A DNA stretch of 64,000 nt from Eledone cirrhosa (GCA_964016885.1 OZ024743.1:42966001-43030000); one strand, 5' to 3'; shown: positions 13,330-26,292, counted from the stretch's first letter. Translations and numbers: made by a program. Notes: a model not told the origin generated them from the letters alone.

Positions 13330-14663
13330 GGTAAGTGGTCTTTCCCATCTTTTCCACTCCTTTTCAAAATGACCTCACTCAGAATAGGCAGCATAAATGC
13401 ACGTGGCTTGGGGTCGTCTTGGAAGCAGGGCCACCTGCTCAACGACCTCAGGTCACTAAACATAGATGTAGTGGCCATCAGCGAGACCAGAATCTTCGAA
13501 GCACAGGCTTTCGCACCGATCTTCGGCGGCTACGATGTGTACGCATCTCCCAGCCGTCCGGGATCGGGGGGAGGAGTTGCTGTGCTTTTTCGGAGAAGTT
13601 TGGATCTTGCCATACGGGCCATCTTCCTGGACCCAGAAGGTAAGTTGGTGGTGCTGGACGTGACCAGCGGAGAAGGGCAAGCTTTCAGGTTAGTGGCCGT
13701 CTATGCCCCGAGAGGAGCAGGGCGGCCTGATTTCTTCCGGCGTCTGGAGACCTTTCTTGGAACGTCCCGCTCTTTAGTGTTAGTGGGCGACTGGAACGGG
13801 ATCTTAGATGCACGCTGGGATTGTGTGGGATTAGTGGATAGGGAAGGAGGGTGCAAGAGTCTCACCAACCTGCTCAGACGTTTTGAACTGTCTGACAGGT
13901 ACCGAATGGATTTCCCGAATGTACCAATGTGGACTTGGACAAATCTCATAGGGTCATCCAGATCATATCTAGATAGAGTATTTTGTAGGGAAATAGATAG
14001 GTCTAGCATAGGCTGTTCACAATTCAAGATAGTCAGCTACACGGACCACAAATTCGTGATCTGTGTGCTTGACTTAGATAGGCTTCATAGACGAGGACCC
14101 GGCTACTGCAAGCTAAACGCGTCCTTACCAGCGTGCAAGGCCTACAGACACCGGATTAGCGAACTAGTTAAGCGGGCGTTGACGGGGGCCATCGTCAACA
14201 AGTGGTGGTTTGCTCTGAAAAAGGCGAATAGAATAGAGCCCATTTAGTAAGGCTTTAGCAATAGGGAAAAATAGAACAGAGGGAGAACTAGTTAGAAAAT
14301 TAGACGAGGCGCTTAGCAAAGGCATCGCGACCGACGTACTTGCGGCGAAATTGGCCCTTGACCAATTCTTCAATGCAAAGCACGAAGGCTGCGTTGTCAG
14401 AGCTAGGGTGCGTGCTCTCAGGCACGAGGGGACGAAAGCCGTTCAATGGGCCCGAGTGGTGGAGGCGCGTCGTGGCAACAAAGCCACGATCCGGTCTTTG
14501 GTGGACCACGACGGGCGCATGCTACTCGATCCCGGGCAAATGTGTGAAGCTTTTTAGCGACACTTCGCTCAGCTGTTCGGGGGCAGCGGTGGGCCGGGTC
14601 GAGGGATGAACTTTAGTCTCTACCTCAACGGACTGCCGCGGCTCTCGGCAACTGAGGCGGAGT

Positions 14664-15131
14664 TTTGGTATAGAGTAATTGTCACCAATTCGGTGGAGGT
14701 ATATTTTAGAAGTTGGTAAGTTTGCCACGAGGAACGACCCTTGGTAGAAAGATATGATAGGAATATCGACAACGACTTTAGCTTGGTTTTACATTATTTA
14801 TTAACAGAGGTTGAGCTGGCATGCCAAGAGAAATGAAATAATTTAATTAAGATTACAAGAGAAAATACGGTCGACTGGCTGAGGCGTTTAGCCAATTCCG
14901 TAGTAAAATTGTTGTGTCGTTACATATTGCTTGTGCTGGCGGAGCAAAAGAACAAGTGGTGTTTATATTAGCACGGTCTAGCTGCGAGTGATAGCGTCCT
15001 CAAATCTTTGCGGGCTATTTCTCCCTCAGAACGCGTAGGGATACATCATCTTCTACTGGCGCTGATTGGCTGAGCTGAGCCAAATCAGGCACAGAGAATG
15101 TATGTGAGCCCGCGGAATGTAGGTCACTACA
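14664..15131 (-). repeat. 3' LTR
   Basis: Minus sense TGTAGTGACC...ACCAAA; matches 16954-17419. Confidence 0.92.
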
Positions 15132-16934
15132 TCACCTCCGAGCAGATTTTTAGCCGAAAATCGTTAACGATGAAGCCGAGGACCCACAGATTATTGAATC
15201 AGCAAGAACAAATGCTGAAAGAACACATCAGTGAAAAAATAATTGAGCAGAAAGATGCATGCAAGAAAAAGAAATGAGGCACGACGGGCTGTGTTGAGCC
15301 GCTGTCAAATGACTAGCTGTTTTGTAGTTTACACGTGACCACCAAAGGTCTAGCAGAAAACAGATAATGTCTGACATGGGCGAAGTTGCTGTTCTTGCAT
15401 TAAATGTTAATGGTAAGTGTTGTACCAGTAGCTGTGGACGAAGCTATTATGGTAGTTTACCAGTGCTGGCAAGAAGATGATGGGTAGGCTAGAAAATATT
15501 GGCCTCCCGAATGTGCTAGGGAGCCAGGAAAATATGGCTGGTTGCTTTGAAAAGAAAAAAAAAGCAAGTTGAATCTATAGGTGGGTTGCAGTTCCATAAT
15601 TCGGGCGAATCCACAGAAGTGTTGAAAATACTGACAAGTCCAGTTCTATTTATTTTTTTCCCGGTGAACTGGGTAAGATAACAAAATAGGTTGTTATGGA
15701 CGATGAGCGTACAACGAGTTGCGAAACTGCTTGAGTTCAGCTGCAATTAGCATACTCGTGTTGCGGTGCAGATGACTTATGCTGCAAGTGTCGATAGCAT
15801 GTTTTGGTACCTCCAGAAGGGGAAAAGGGATCTCGCAGAATATTACGACGCTTGAAGATCACATACCATAGACAACAACATGTTGGTGTGTGTATATATG
15901 CAGGCATGTAATACAGCAAAGAAAATGTGTGCGTGCGGTCACATATACAATGATAGAGAGAAATGAATTTTCATATAATACAGTTTAAAAAAAATAAATG
16001 TCCAAAATAAATGCCTGAACAAAAAGGAAGAAAAAAAGTATTGTTTCTTTTCTTTTAACAAAAAGTTCGCTTCTTTTTTCTTTGGGAACGCTCTTACTAG
16101 AGAGGTAGTAGAGTTGATGTTGTTATTAAAGCAAAGTCACAATGAATCTTCTGTATAGTAGAAGTCGAGCGTTGAAGAACGCAGAGTCACCAATATGGCC
16201 GCCACGTCTGACGCCATAATGGTGAGAAAACTAATGTCTTAATTTCTAGAGTCCTTGTGGTAACGAGACAGAAGGTATGGTGGTTGCGTCGGTAAAGTTA
16301 CAAGCCGTTCCCTGGTGTTGGTTAATAGTTAGCCATGTGTTGCTGCTGATGGCTAGTACTTGGTGGTAGCCGTTTTGAAATATCCTCGCGGCGAAAGGTT
16401 TTTGAAATACTGCTAATTTTTTTCTTTAAAAAATATTCTACAGAAAATTTGAACAATAAAAAAAATCATTTTCCATGAAAATTATTTCGTAAGAAAATCC
16501 AAGATGGCTGATTGAAAAATGCGTCTGTGATGAAGAAGCCGTCATGTGGCACGATGCAGCCAATCAGACGGCTGGAATTGGAGAAGACAAGCTGTACGCG
16601 GGAAACAAAATTTCTGAGTCTCCATTTGTAATTTCAACAGAACGCCGAAAGCAAAATTCCACATCCAGAGATATTTTTTGTTAGTCGTCGAAAAAACTCT
16701 TTCTTTTATGTTGTATTTTTGTGTTCGTCTGTATGCGTGAGTCACTAGTGTTACCATGAAAGTTATGACATAAATATTGTGCAGGCCGCGTGCTTCGACA
16801 AATGGAATATTATGAATTTTATGGACTTACGCTAAGTGAGTCTAGCTACCCGATTCGAACATTCCAAATGTTAAGCCACTCCACATAGCCATTAAAACGA
16901 ATGGCGAATTCAAATAGGCTGCGTTTTCATACTT

Positions 16935-16952
16935 AATCGTCGAGGGATGCCA
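16935..16952 (-). promoter_or_regulatory. Primer-binding-site-like sequence
   Basis: TGGCATCCCTCGACGATT immediately inside the 5' LTR; the matching tRNA was not identified. Confidence 0.6.
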
Positions 16953-16953
16953 A

Positions 16954-17419
16954 TTTGGTGGGAGTAATTGTCACCAATTCGGTGGAGGTATATTTTAGAA
17001 GTTGGTAGGGTTGCCACGAGGAACCACCGTTGGTATAAAGATATGATAGGAATATTTACAACGACTTTAGCTTGGTTTTACATTATTTATTAACAGAGGT
17101 TGAGCATGCATGCCAAGAGAAATGAAATAATTCAATTAAGATTACAAGAGAAATACGATCGACTGGCTGAGGTGTTCAGCCAATTCCGTAGTAAAATTGT
17201 TGTGTCCTTACATATTGTTTGTGCTGGCGGAGCAAAAGAACAAGTGGTGTTTACATTAGCACGGTCTAGCTGCGAGTGATAGCGTCCTCAAATCTTTGCG
17301 GGCTATTTCTCCCTCAGAACGCGTAGGGATGCATCCTCTTCTACTGGCGCTGATTGGTTGAGCTGAGCCAAATCACGCACAGAGAATGTATGTGAGCCCG
17401 CGGAATGTAGGTCACTACA
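16954..17419 (-). repeat. 5' LTR
   Basis: Minus sense TGTAGTGACC...ACCAAA, followed by the PBS-like TGG. Confidence 0.92.
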
Positions 17420-19831
17420 GAGTGTTGCGAAAAGCCCATAACAGCCGCTGAAGTACGGGAGGCAATGACTGGCTGCACAAGGGGTAAATCGCCTGGTTTG
17501 GATCGTCTGCGCTATGAACTTTACGTACAGATGCCAGACTTGTTCGGAGGCCTCTTGGCGGACGTCTACTGCAACTGGCAATAGAACGGGATACTTCCCA
17601 GCTCTGTGAGCCCAGGGGCGGTGGCACTGCTGAGAAAGGATCCGAACAAGGGGGATAACATACATAATTTCAGCCCCATAACTCTGCTAAACACAGAGTT
17701 CAATATTTTGGCCAAGGTGCTAGCAAAGAGGTTGGCGCTTGTCGTTGGTGGTCTGGTGGGAGAGGCGCAGACATGCGCCATTTCCGACAGATCCATCCAC
17801 GACAACCTCCACCTCATGCGATACATCGTAGAGAGGGTAGCTAGGGAACCTGGCACGGGTTGGTCCTTGATCAATTTAGATCAGTCGAAAGCTTTCGATA
17901 GGGTCGACCATCGTTACCTAGCGGCAGTCCTGAGGGCGGCTGGCTTTGGGGACGTCTTCAGAGGCTGGATCGCTGCCATGCACAGCGAAATCTGCTCTAT
18001 GGTGAGAGTGAACGGTCACATTTCGGAACCGTTCAAACATCATGCGCTCGGTCCGCCAAGGATGTCCCCTCTCGTTCCTCTTGCACGTATTGACTCGCGA
18101 GCCATTACTGTACAAATTGGAGACGTTGAGGGGCGTCCCACACGAACTAGGATGCGGAGATCCGTGTCAGCATATGCGGACGATGTCACCGTAGTAGTGA
18201 CGAAGGCCAAACACATAGAGGCGATCGGCACTACACTAAGAGAACACGAAGCGGTGCCAGGAGCAATGATCAACCAGGAAAAGTCAGTGGACCTGCAGCT
18301 CGGCACCTGGAGAGGCAAGTCCATGCCTTCCAACAGCATCGTCGGGCGCTGGACGGACGGACCAGTTAAATTGCTAGGGGTCTGGTTTGGTCCGGACATC
18401 CAGGCGGACAAAAGCTGGGACGAGGTGACGAGCAGGGTCGCTTCTCTCACCCAGAAATGGGCGGAGAGGAAGCTATCACTGAAGGGTCGAGCAGTGGTGG
18501 CTAACGCGTACATCGCGTCCGTCATCTACTACCGCCTGACCGTCGTACCTTGTCCTAAGCCCCGCCTGACTGCACTGGAGAGTTTGCTCTTTCGCTTTTT
18601 GTGGAAGGGGCGCGCTCCGATGGACAGACGGTCCATCTGCTGTCAACACGCGCTACGTGGAAGGCTGGGAATGCCGTGGCTGATGATGCGCAGACACGCG
18701 CTCAGGCTACGACATCTTAACCTCTTCCTCGACGGTGATCAGGTGTGGTCGCCGTTTGCTAGACACGTCTTTCCCCAGCTCGTCTCCTTGACGGAGCTGC
18801 ATTCCTGGGTCAAGCGAAGACCGAGAGGGAGTGCTTGGAGACTGGAATGTCTTCAGGCGCTCACAGTCCTCGACCAATCGGGCAATGTGATCGGTGGAAA
18901 CTCCACCTTGGCCTTCTATAGGGGATTAGTGGAGGGGAAGAGCGACGACGTACTTGGAGAAACTCTAGGCGTCGACGAAAATCAACTAGCCAATCTCTTC
19001 GGAAGGACTTTCGGGCCGGGGGCTAAGGACAACTTCCACAAATCCCTGGCCTGGCAGTGTTACCGAGGAGCTTTGCCAGTTCGGGATAAACTCTACAGGC
19101 ATGGAGGTGATGTCAGCCGGGCATGTCCGAGATGCGCGCAGGGCGACGAAACCGTCCTTCCATCACTCGGCCAGTGTCCTAGCATTGCTGACTTGTGGGT
19201 TTATATCGAATACCTGCTGTCACGTGTAGGACGGATCCAGCTATCAGCTATCGTGAGGATTGCCCCGCCCTCTTCCTTTAGCCGGGAAGAGCAGGCAGTT
19301 TTTATCTGTCTGGTGGCCATGGCGAAAGAGATAGTATGGTGGACACGTTTGAAAGGGCTGAAGACGAGCACTTACCTCTTCGGTGATGCCCTGATTAACT
19401 TTTTCAAATTTCATTTGAAAAGGAAAATCAGGGTAGAGAGGGAAGTGCTCTCTTCCCAGCATTTTGTTGAAAGATGGGTAAGAGAAGCAAGTATGGTCCG
19501 AGTGAATGGGCCTACTCTGAGTATGTGTCTTTAAATTAAAGGTGGAAAACTGGAAGAGGGCATTTGCCCTGGTGGTCAGGGTCACTGTGGCCTTTTAATG
19601 GGCTTTCTCCACAAATGTCCTTCGGATGTCTCCCCCCTATTGGGGAATTTTTCATCGTTATTTTTATTACATCCTCTGTTTTTTTTACACGCAGAAATGC
19701 CCATTTGTACCGTCCTGTATTGCCCTGTATTGTCCTGTACTGTCCTCAATGTCTACTTTATGTGAACCCTTGTGGTTAATAAAGAAAGCATTATTATCAT
19801 TATTATTATCATTTTTATTTTCTTTCATTAT

Positions 19832-22790
19832 TGTATCTGAGATATATGCCGAGTGTCTTCCTCACACCTAGGGCAAATAAATTCACAGTGTGTATCGGTA
19901 AGCCAGTTAATACAGCACATTGATTATAATATGAAACGAAGGTATACATTTATACACATGTCTATATGCATATGTAAATACAAGGAGGGATATCAATCTT
20001 ACAGAGATAGTGCTCTTCTCAATGCGTGTGCAGTACCAGTCAAAACATTTTTTTGCACCTCGTGCAGAGAGGGTAAACCAGGAGTCATTCGCAAATATTG
20101 TTCTGTTCCTTTCTTGATCATTCTCAATCCTGCCACATTCACTGGTATTGTAACGGCCTTGAGGTGCCACATTTTCTCAATTTCAATAAGCCGATCTTTA
20201 TATTTTCGTAGCTTGTCAAACTCTTTTGCCGCGATATTGTGATCACATGGGATGCTCATATCTATCAATAAACAGACCTTGTTATGTTGATGTCAGGTAT
20301 ATTTGCTTTTATGGTTGATGTCAGGTCTATTGCTTTTATTGTCCTGTCAGTATGTACAGGAAAGTCCCAGAGAATTGTTACTTTTTCTCCTTCAGTCACA
20401 ACCTCAGGGTGATGATTGTACCACTTGTCTTCAACTTTGATTGTGTAATGCCGACATATTACCCAGTGTAGATATTGGCCAACTCTGTCATGTCTATATT
20501 TGTATTCTACTGGTGCTAAAACTGTACAACCAGAGACTAAGTGATCCACTGTTTCAACCTCAGCATTGCAGAATCGGCACTTTGGGTTTATTCCGTTTCT
20601 CATCACATTGGCCTGGTAATTACGAGTCAATAAGCTTTGATCTTGGGCAGCTAAGATGATGCCTTCACTCTCCGCCTTTAGCCCTGAACTACATAGCCAC
20701 TGATGGGTGTGCTTTTGGTCAACATCAGTTTGTTTGCTACGGGCCACATTTTTGCTATGCTCCAAAGTTGATGCTAAATGTCTTTGCCCTTTAGCTTTTG
20801 CCAGTGATTTTATATGCCTAGCAGCATCAGTTGAAACAGATTCTTTAGTCTGTATAGCCTGGGTATCAAGCATGATTAGAGTAGCATATTTTGTGCTCTC
20901 CTACAAGATAGAATGAAGCTTCGTACTTCACTCATGCTTTTCAACAAGTTTCAGCATACAGTCTTTAGTTGTTTCAAGGTATTTGGCCAGTCCAATGATG
21001 GTAGTCTTGTAAGCAAGTTCAAATTGGATCAGGCCACGGCCTCCTTGAGTTCTCGGAAGGTAACGACGATCTACATCTGCTTTTGGGTGGTGCATCCAAT
21101 TACAGGTCAGTAGCTTACGGACTTTGGTGTCGATTCTTTTGATTTCACTTATATTCCAGTTCAACACACCAAAGCTATAAGTGACAACTGGGACTATAAG
21201 TGACAACTGGGACTGCCAACAGGTACCCTGTTCTATTAAGTTCGGATGTACGGGGTATTAAAGCTATGCAGAAAAGCAAGGGTGAAAGTGAGTCACCCTG
21301 GAATATACCACAGTTGATGTTTATATTCCTAGAGCACAGTGCCCCAGTGGAATGAGACAATTGGAGATTTGTGTTCCATAATGACATATTGTGTTTCAGG
21401 AAGTTTGAGATCACAGGTGAGATTTTGAAGATGTCCAGTGATTTCAGAATCCATGAGTGTCAAAGGCTTTTTTATAATCGATCCATGCAGAACTGAGATT
21501 TCTGTGTTTATGATGACAGTTCTCAAGGATCATACGATTAATCAAAAGTTGATATTTGCAACCATATGAATCTCGTCGGCACCCTTTTTGTTCAATGGGG
21601 AAAAGATTGTTCTCTTCCAAAAACACGTATGCTTTTTCCGTGAGAATAGAGGTTAATAGTTTACAAGTGGTGGACAAGCAGGTTATGGGCCGATAGTTTT
21701 TTTGATCTTTGGTTTAGAGTGTTCTTTGGTAAAAGGTAGGTAATGCCAGTTGCTATCCAATCAGGTGTAATTTTTGGATCTTTCCTAATTCCATTAAACA
21801 GCTTGACCAATATATTGTGAGTGCATGGGAGTGAGGAAAGCCAGAAATTTGGCACCCTGTCTCTACCGGGAGATTTCCATTTATGAGATTTATTGAGTGC
21901 TGTTCTTAAGTCCGCTATAGAGATGTCTTCCCACGACTGTTCTTCTAAATTTGTGTAGGATTTTTCAAGGCGACTAATCCAATCTATGTCATTATATGTC
22001 TCCTCATCACTCCAAATCTTACTCCAGAAGTTTTTAACTTCTTCTATGGACGGGGTTCTTCAATAATTATTTTTTTCTTCCCTACTTCTCTATAAAATGA
22101 CTTGGCATTGGATGAGAACAACTTATTTTGCCTGTAGAAGTTGTTTAGCTTCTCGAATCTACGAATTCGTTGGGCTTTTACTTGAACTTTTTGTTTCAGA
22201 GATTCTTTTGTTGAAACTATTGCTTCTCTAGAAGACAGTCCATATTTTCTCTTTAGCTTACTTACCTTCTTGGATCCTATATCATTTCCAGCGGTTAACT
22301 CTCCCAATAAAGATATTTCTCCTCTCATTACGTCAATCTCCTTTTCGATTCTACTCCTTCAAATTGGTTTACCTCGAAGGATTGACTTTTTATGTTTTTT
22401 TTTTTTTGTGGTAAACAATTTGGTTCAATTACTCTAGGAGATGCATACATGATTTCATTTAACTCAGTCAGATCAGGTTCTAGTTCTTCTATGATTTCTT
22501 TTGTCACAGAATTACCAATCATTATTTGTTTTCTATAATTGGCAGTATCGGTAGAGGGTCGGACGCCATGCTTTCCAGCATAGTTACGTCCCTTTACGAT
22601 CTGAGTTCAAATCCAGCCGAGGTTGACTTTGCCTTTCATCCTTACGGGGTCGATAAAATAAAGTACCAGTAATGCACTGGGTAATTGCTGACCTTTTGCC
22701 TAAAGTAGAAACAATTATTTGTTTTCTATTTTGGATTGTATTTGGGAGTTTTTACTAAATTTATATCAAGCTCCCTTGAGGAAGTCACCA
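19832..22790 (-). mobile_element. R4/Dong-clade LINE, degraded, with an internal RT deletion
   Basis: WKSPG, IEQKGC, WIDYKKAFD, GIFQGDSLSP, HPKADVDRRYLPR, CRFC..ETVDHLVSGC, RHDRV, ILWDF, IDMSIP, KLRKYKD. The 3' end abuts a degenerate ATT tract at 19790-19832. Confidence 0.9.
22537..22713 (+). mobile_element. tRNA-derived SINE
   Basis: B-box-like GAGTTCAAATCC, body GACTTTGCCTTTCATCC...AAAGTACCAG. 16-bp TSD ATTATTTGTTTTCTAT at 22521-22536 and 22714-22729. Confidence 0.92.
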
Positions 22791-24198
22791 GTATTTGGTA
22801 CATCTGAATGAATGTTTTATTCTCATTAGTTTAAATACCATCAGACCAACATTAGGCGGACACTATCTAAATTGCCAATCATTTAGAAAAAATAATTTCT
22901 TACATGCCGAAGACAATAATCCTTTTATCAACCAGGATTGTAAAACATTTTTGACTCCGTAATTGCAATTTTCTATCACTAGATTTCACTCAAAATTCAG
23001 AGAAGAGCGTTTATTTATTTATTTTTCTCATTTATTAAAATACATTCGAGTTATTATGACAGACTCGTTTGGATAAACTATGAATAAAAGGAAATAATAT
23101 CGGCATATTCTTTAACACATACTTAAGACTGATTACTGCAGCATTTAATAAGTCAACTGACGGAAATAAAGCTCTTCACTATGTCCCTACAAATGATACA
23201 TCTTTGTAATATTCATTTGGATCAAAGCAAAAACGACTCAAACCGGTACCATTATTTTATATGTGTGGACATCATAAAATAATGTGCATTTTTGTTTCTC
23301 TCCTTTTTTTTCTTTCGGGAAGAAACACTCGCTTCTAAAGATGTAAAGCGTTTCAGTAACGTCATTAAGCTTCATGCGTTAAAAACACAAAATGATATTT
23401 CAACGTTAGAACGCAGAAGTCATCTTAATATTATTGAATATCCAGAAAGGCATTAGCACCGAGGAAGATATTGGTTGACAATAAAAAGAAAAGCTTTCAT
23501 GTCAATTTTATTCACTACCCTTTGTATAACAATATATTTCTTCTCTTTGAAAAGAGAAAACACTTTTAAAACATCAGCCGGTTGAAAACTAACACCATAT
23601 TTTTTGATGACTTCAGATATGGCCACTCTATTAAAATTATGTTACATGCCTAATGAATACATCATCTATTCCTCAACTTGGGGATTTTAGAATAGCTAAA
23701 TGTAGGTGAGGAAAAAACTGAATAATGTATTAAAATAGATTTAGTGAATTACAATCCTAGATTTATATGACTGGAATGGAAATGGAGTAGCCAACATAGT
23801 ATATATTCAGTATTCTATTCAATTTGTGGGCAATATTATTCGATACCCATTCACATCTCCGATAAAACCTGGGTCATTATTATTTCTCATTTTCCTGTAC
23901 ATTACGCATTTTCTTCGAGTGGAAAAAACAAAACTACAATTAAGAGATCACGCTGTTTATCGGCAACACCTACCGATTAGATGCTTTCAGAATTGACGAA
24001 TTTATTTAATCTTTTCAACCAAATTTTACCCCGAGAAAATAATTCTCCGTTCTTTGCTATATCAAATCATTCTAATCGATTTACGCATTATATAGTCAAT
24101 AAGGCAGAATAAAAAGGGGATAATTATTTAAACAAATAAAGAACTGTATTATATAGTTGGTAATAAAGTTTTACATGACTGTATAGTATAAATAAAAT

Positions 24199-24312
24199 GG
24201 CGGTGAATTGTCAGAGTCGTTGAAGCTCCGAATAAAGTGCCTCAGAATTTAATCTGGCGCTCTGCCGAAGTCATCTCTTCTTTTCTTCCTTTCAGGGTCG
24301 CTAATATGAAGT
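24199..24312 (+). mobile_element. Degraded SINE, same family
   Basis: GGCGGTGAATTG..., GCCGAAGTCA...TTCCTTTCAGGGTCG resemble the better copies. Confidence 0.55.
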
Positions 24313-24603
24313 TGCAATCTAGATGAGTTCAAATCTATCTACGTATTCCACGGTAGTTTGGTTTCCAGTTGGAAGTAACAGCCTTTACAGACAGAAAACT
24401 ATCAACTACATTCTAAAATAGCATTTGTAATATGTTGTATTCTGTTGTATGCGAAAATAAAGATTAAGGGAGAGAATGAAAAGAATAGGCTTATTGAATA
24501 TAAATGTGATGGACTGTTTAGAGGGCACTGCAGTATATTCTGTATATTTATATGAAAAAGGCTGAATTCCTAAATTGACTTACATGAAATCGTGCACTAA
24601 CAT

Positions 24604-24816
24604 AATTGTTTCTACTTTTTGGTGCCAAGTCAGGAATTTGAAGAGGATGAGAAAATGTACTAAATCGAACACAGTGCGTTACTGATATTTTACTTTATTG
24701 ATACCGTAAAATTAAAAGGCAAAGCTAACCGCGGTGGGATTTGAACTCTGAACGTCAAGGGACGTAGCTGTATATCCTAACGCATGTTGTGCGATGGCCG
24801 AACGATACGGCCAATC
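24604..24816 (-). mobile_element. SINE, same family, minus strand
   Basis: Reverse complement gives GAGTTCAAATCC, CTTTGCCTTT and the tail AAGTAGAAACAATT. Confidence 0.8.
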
Positions 24817-24931
24817 AGTCATAACTCTGTTAAAGAGCATTTCTACTTACTAGAATCGCAATCTATCTGCTTGCGATTAAACTAAATTACGATTAGTAAT
24901 CTTTCTACAAATGAACTTCTAAAAACCAGGT

Positions 24932-25128
<197 letters not shown>

Positions 25129-25373
25129 ACATATTTTATATATTCATTAAAATTTACAAACTTTAAAACGTATTTTCCAATTTTCTATGCTATTTCTAAT
25201 TTTTTGTTGTATCAGAGGAATGTGAAAACTACTCGAAGAAAAAAATGAAAAAATAACTAACAAAGGACTATGTCTTCATTTTTTTATAGTAAACCTATAT
25301 TAAAAATTATTTAGGTTTAAATATTTTAATAGACTTTTCACTTGATATTTCCTTTTAAGTGACACATACATAC

Positions 25374-25484
<111 letters not shown>

Positions 25485-25620
25485 TTTTAATCTTATTCTG
25501 TGTGTGCTCTACCTATCGTAGATGTAATCTGATGGCGAGTAGTCCAGTGAAATCCATAAATTTCTGTGCTCCGCTGAGTCAATTCCTTAGATACAGTGTC
25601 AGATATTACATAGTATATAC

Positions 25621-25695
<75 letters not shown>

Positions 25696-26137
25696 TACAT
25701 AAGTATGTATATATATGTGTGTGCGTGTGTGTGTGTGAGTGAGTGTATGCGTGCTGTTCATTAAAATTACCCTCCAAAAAATTCATATATCGAACACAGT
25801 CATATGACACGAACATTACTTAGATATTCTACATCGAAACATATGCAATCTTATTATATTACACTATTGCCATTACGCTCGTATTGCCTGTCGGAGCTAA
25901 GCTAATTAAGAACACTATTATGTCAAATTATATTTATATTGCAAGAAACAAAATTCCAATTATTGATTCTGTAAAACAAAAATGCCGTATTTTACATCAC
26001 TTAGAGAAGAAAATGTGCATTAACACTGTGTATAAGGTTTCCGGGATAAATAATTTTATCTAATAAAAAAAACTTTTCTCTGCAATTACTTTCCTGATCA
26101 CTGAATGTATTGCATTTATAGATATTTCTTCTTTTGC

Positions 26138-26240
26138 AATGCTATAGCGATAATAATTACTTTACTTTATATATATATATCTATATATCTATCTATCTAT
26201 ATATATATATATAAAGTAAAGTAATTAGTATCGCTATAGC

Positions 26241-26243
<3 letters not shown>
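26138..26243. repeat. Short foldback inverted repeat around a TA tract
   Basis: AATGCTATAGCGATAATAATTACTTTACTTTATA mirrored by TATAAAGTAAAGTAATTAGTATCGCTATAGCATT. Confidence 0.92.

Positions 26244-26292
<49 letters not shown>

Larger units (their letters stand above)
14664..17419 (-). mobile_element. Non-autonomous LTR retrotransposon (~2.75 kb)
   Basis: Direct repeats 14664-15131 and 16954-17419. 4-bp TSD GAGT (14660-14663, 17420-17423). PBS-like TGGCATCCCTCGACG 1 nt after the 5' LTR on the minus strand, and a short purine tract GGAGGTGA before the 3' LTR. No long internal ORF. Confidence 0.9.
13369..19534 (+). pseudogene. Tx1 copy B ORF2 (APE-RT), split by the insertion at 14664-17419
   Basis: ORFs 13369-14247 (APE) and 17606-19534 (RT, AYADD, CPRC). 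The reading E-A-E-C-C-E-K-P-I-T is restored when the insert and one GAGT are removed. Confidence 0.92.
11199..19789 (+). mobile_element. Tx1-clade LINE, copy B, full length, interrupted by an LTR element
   Basis: Starts ATT|GGC. ORF1 11407-~13329 (CVVCGEGTHLRAFC). ORF2 13369-14663 resumes at 17424 and ends at 19534. 3' end AATAAAGAAAGC + ATT. Confidence 0.93.

Noticed and set aside
25522-25566. CTGATGG...GAAAT-cc-ATA between TA arrays
   Set aside because: Core A9 is changed and stems I and II pair poorly; at best a dead relic.
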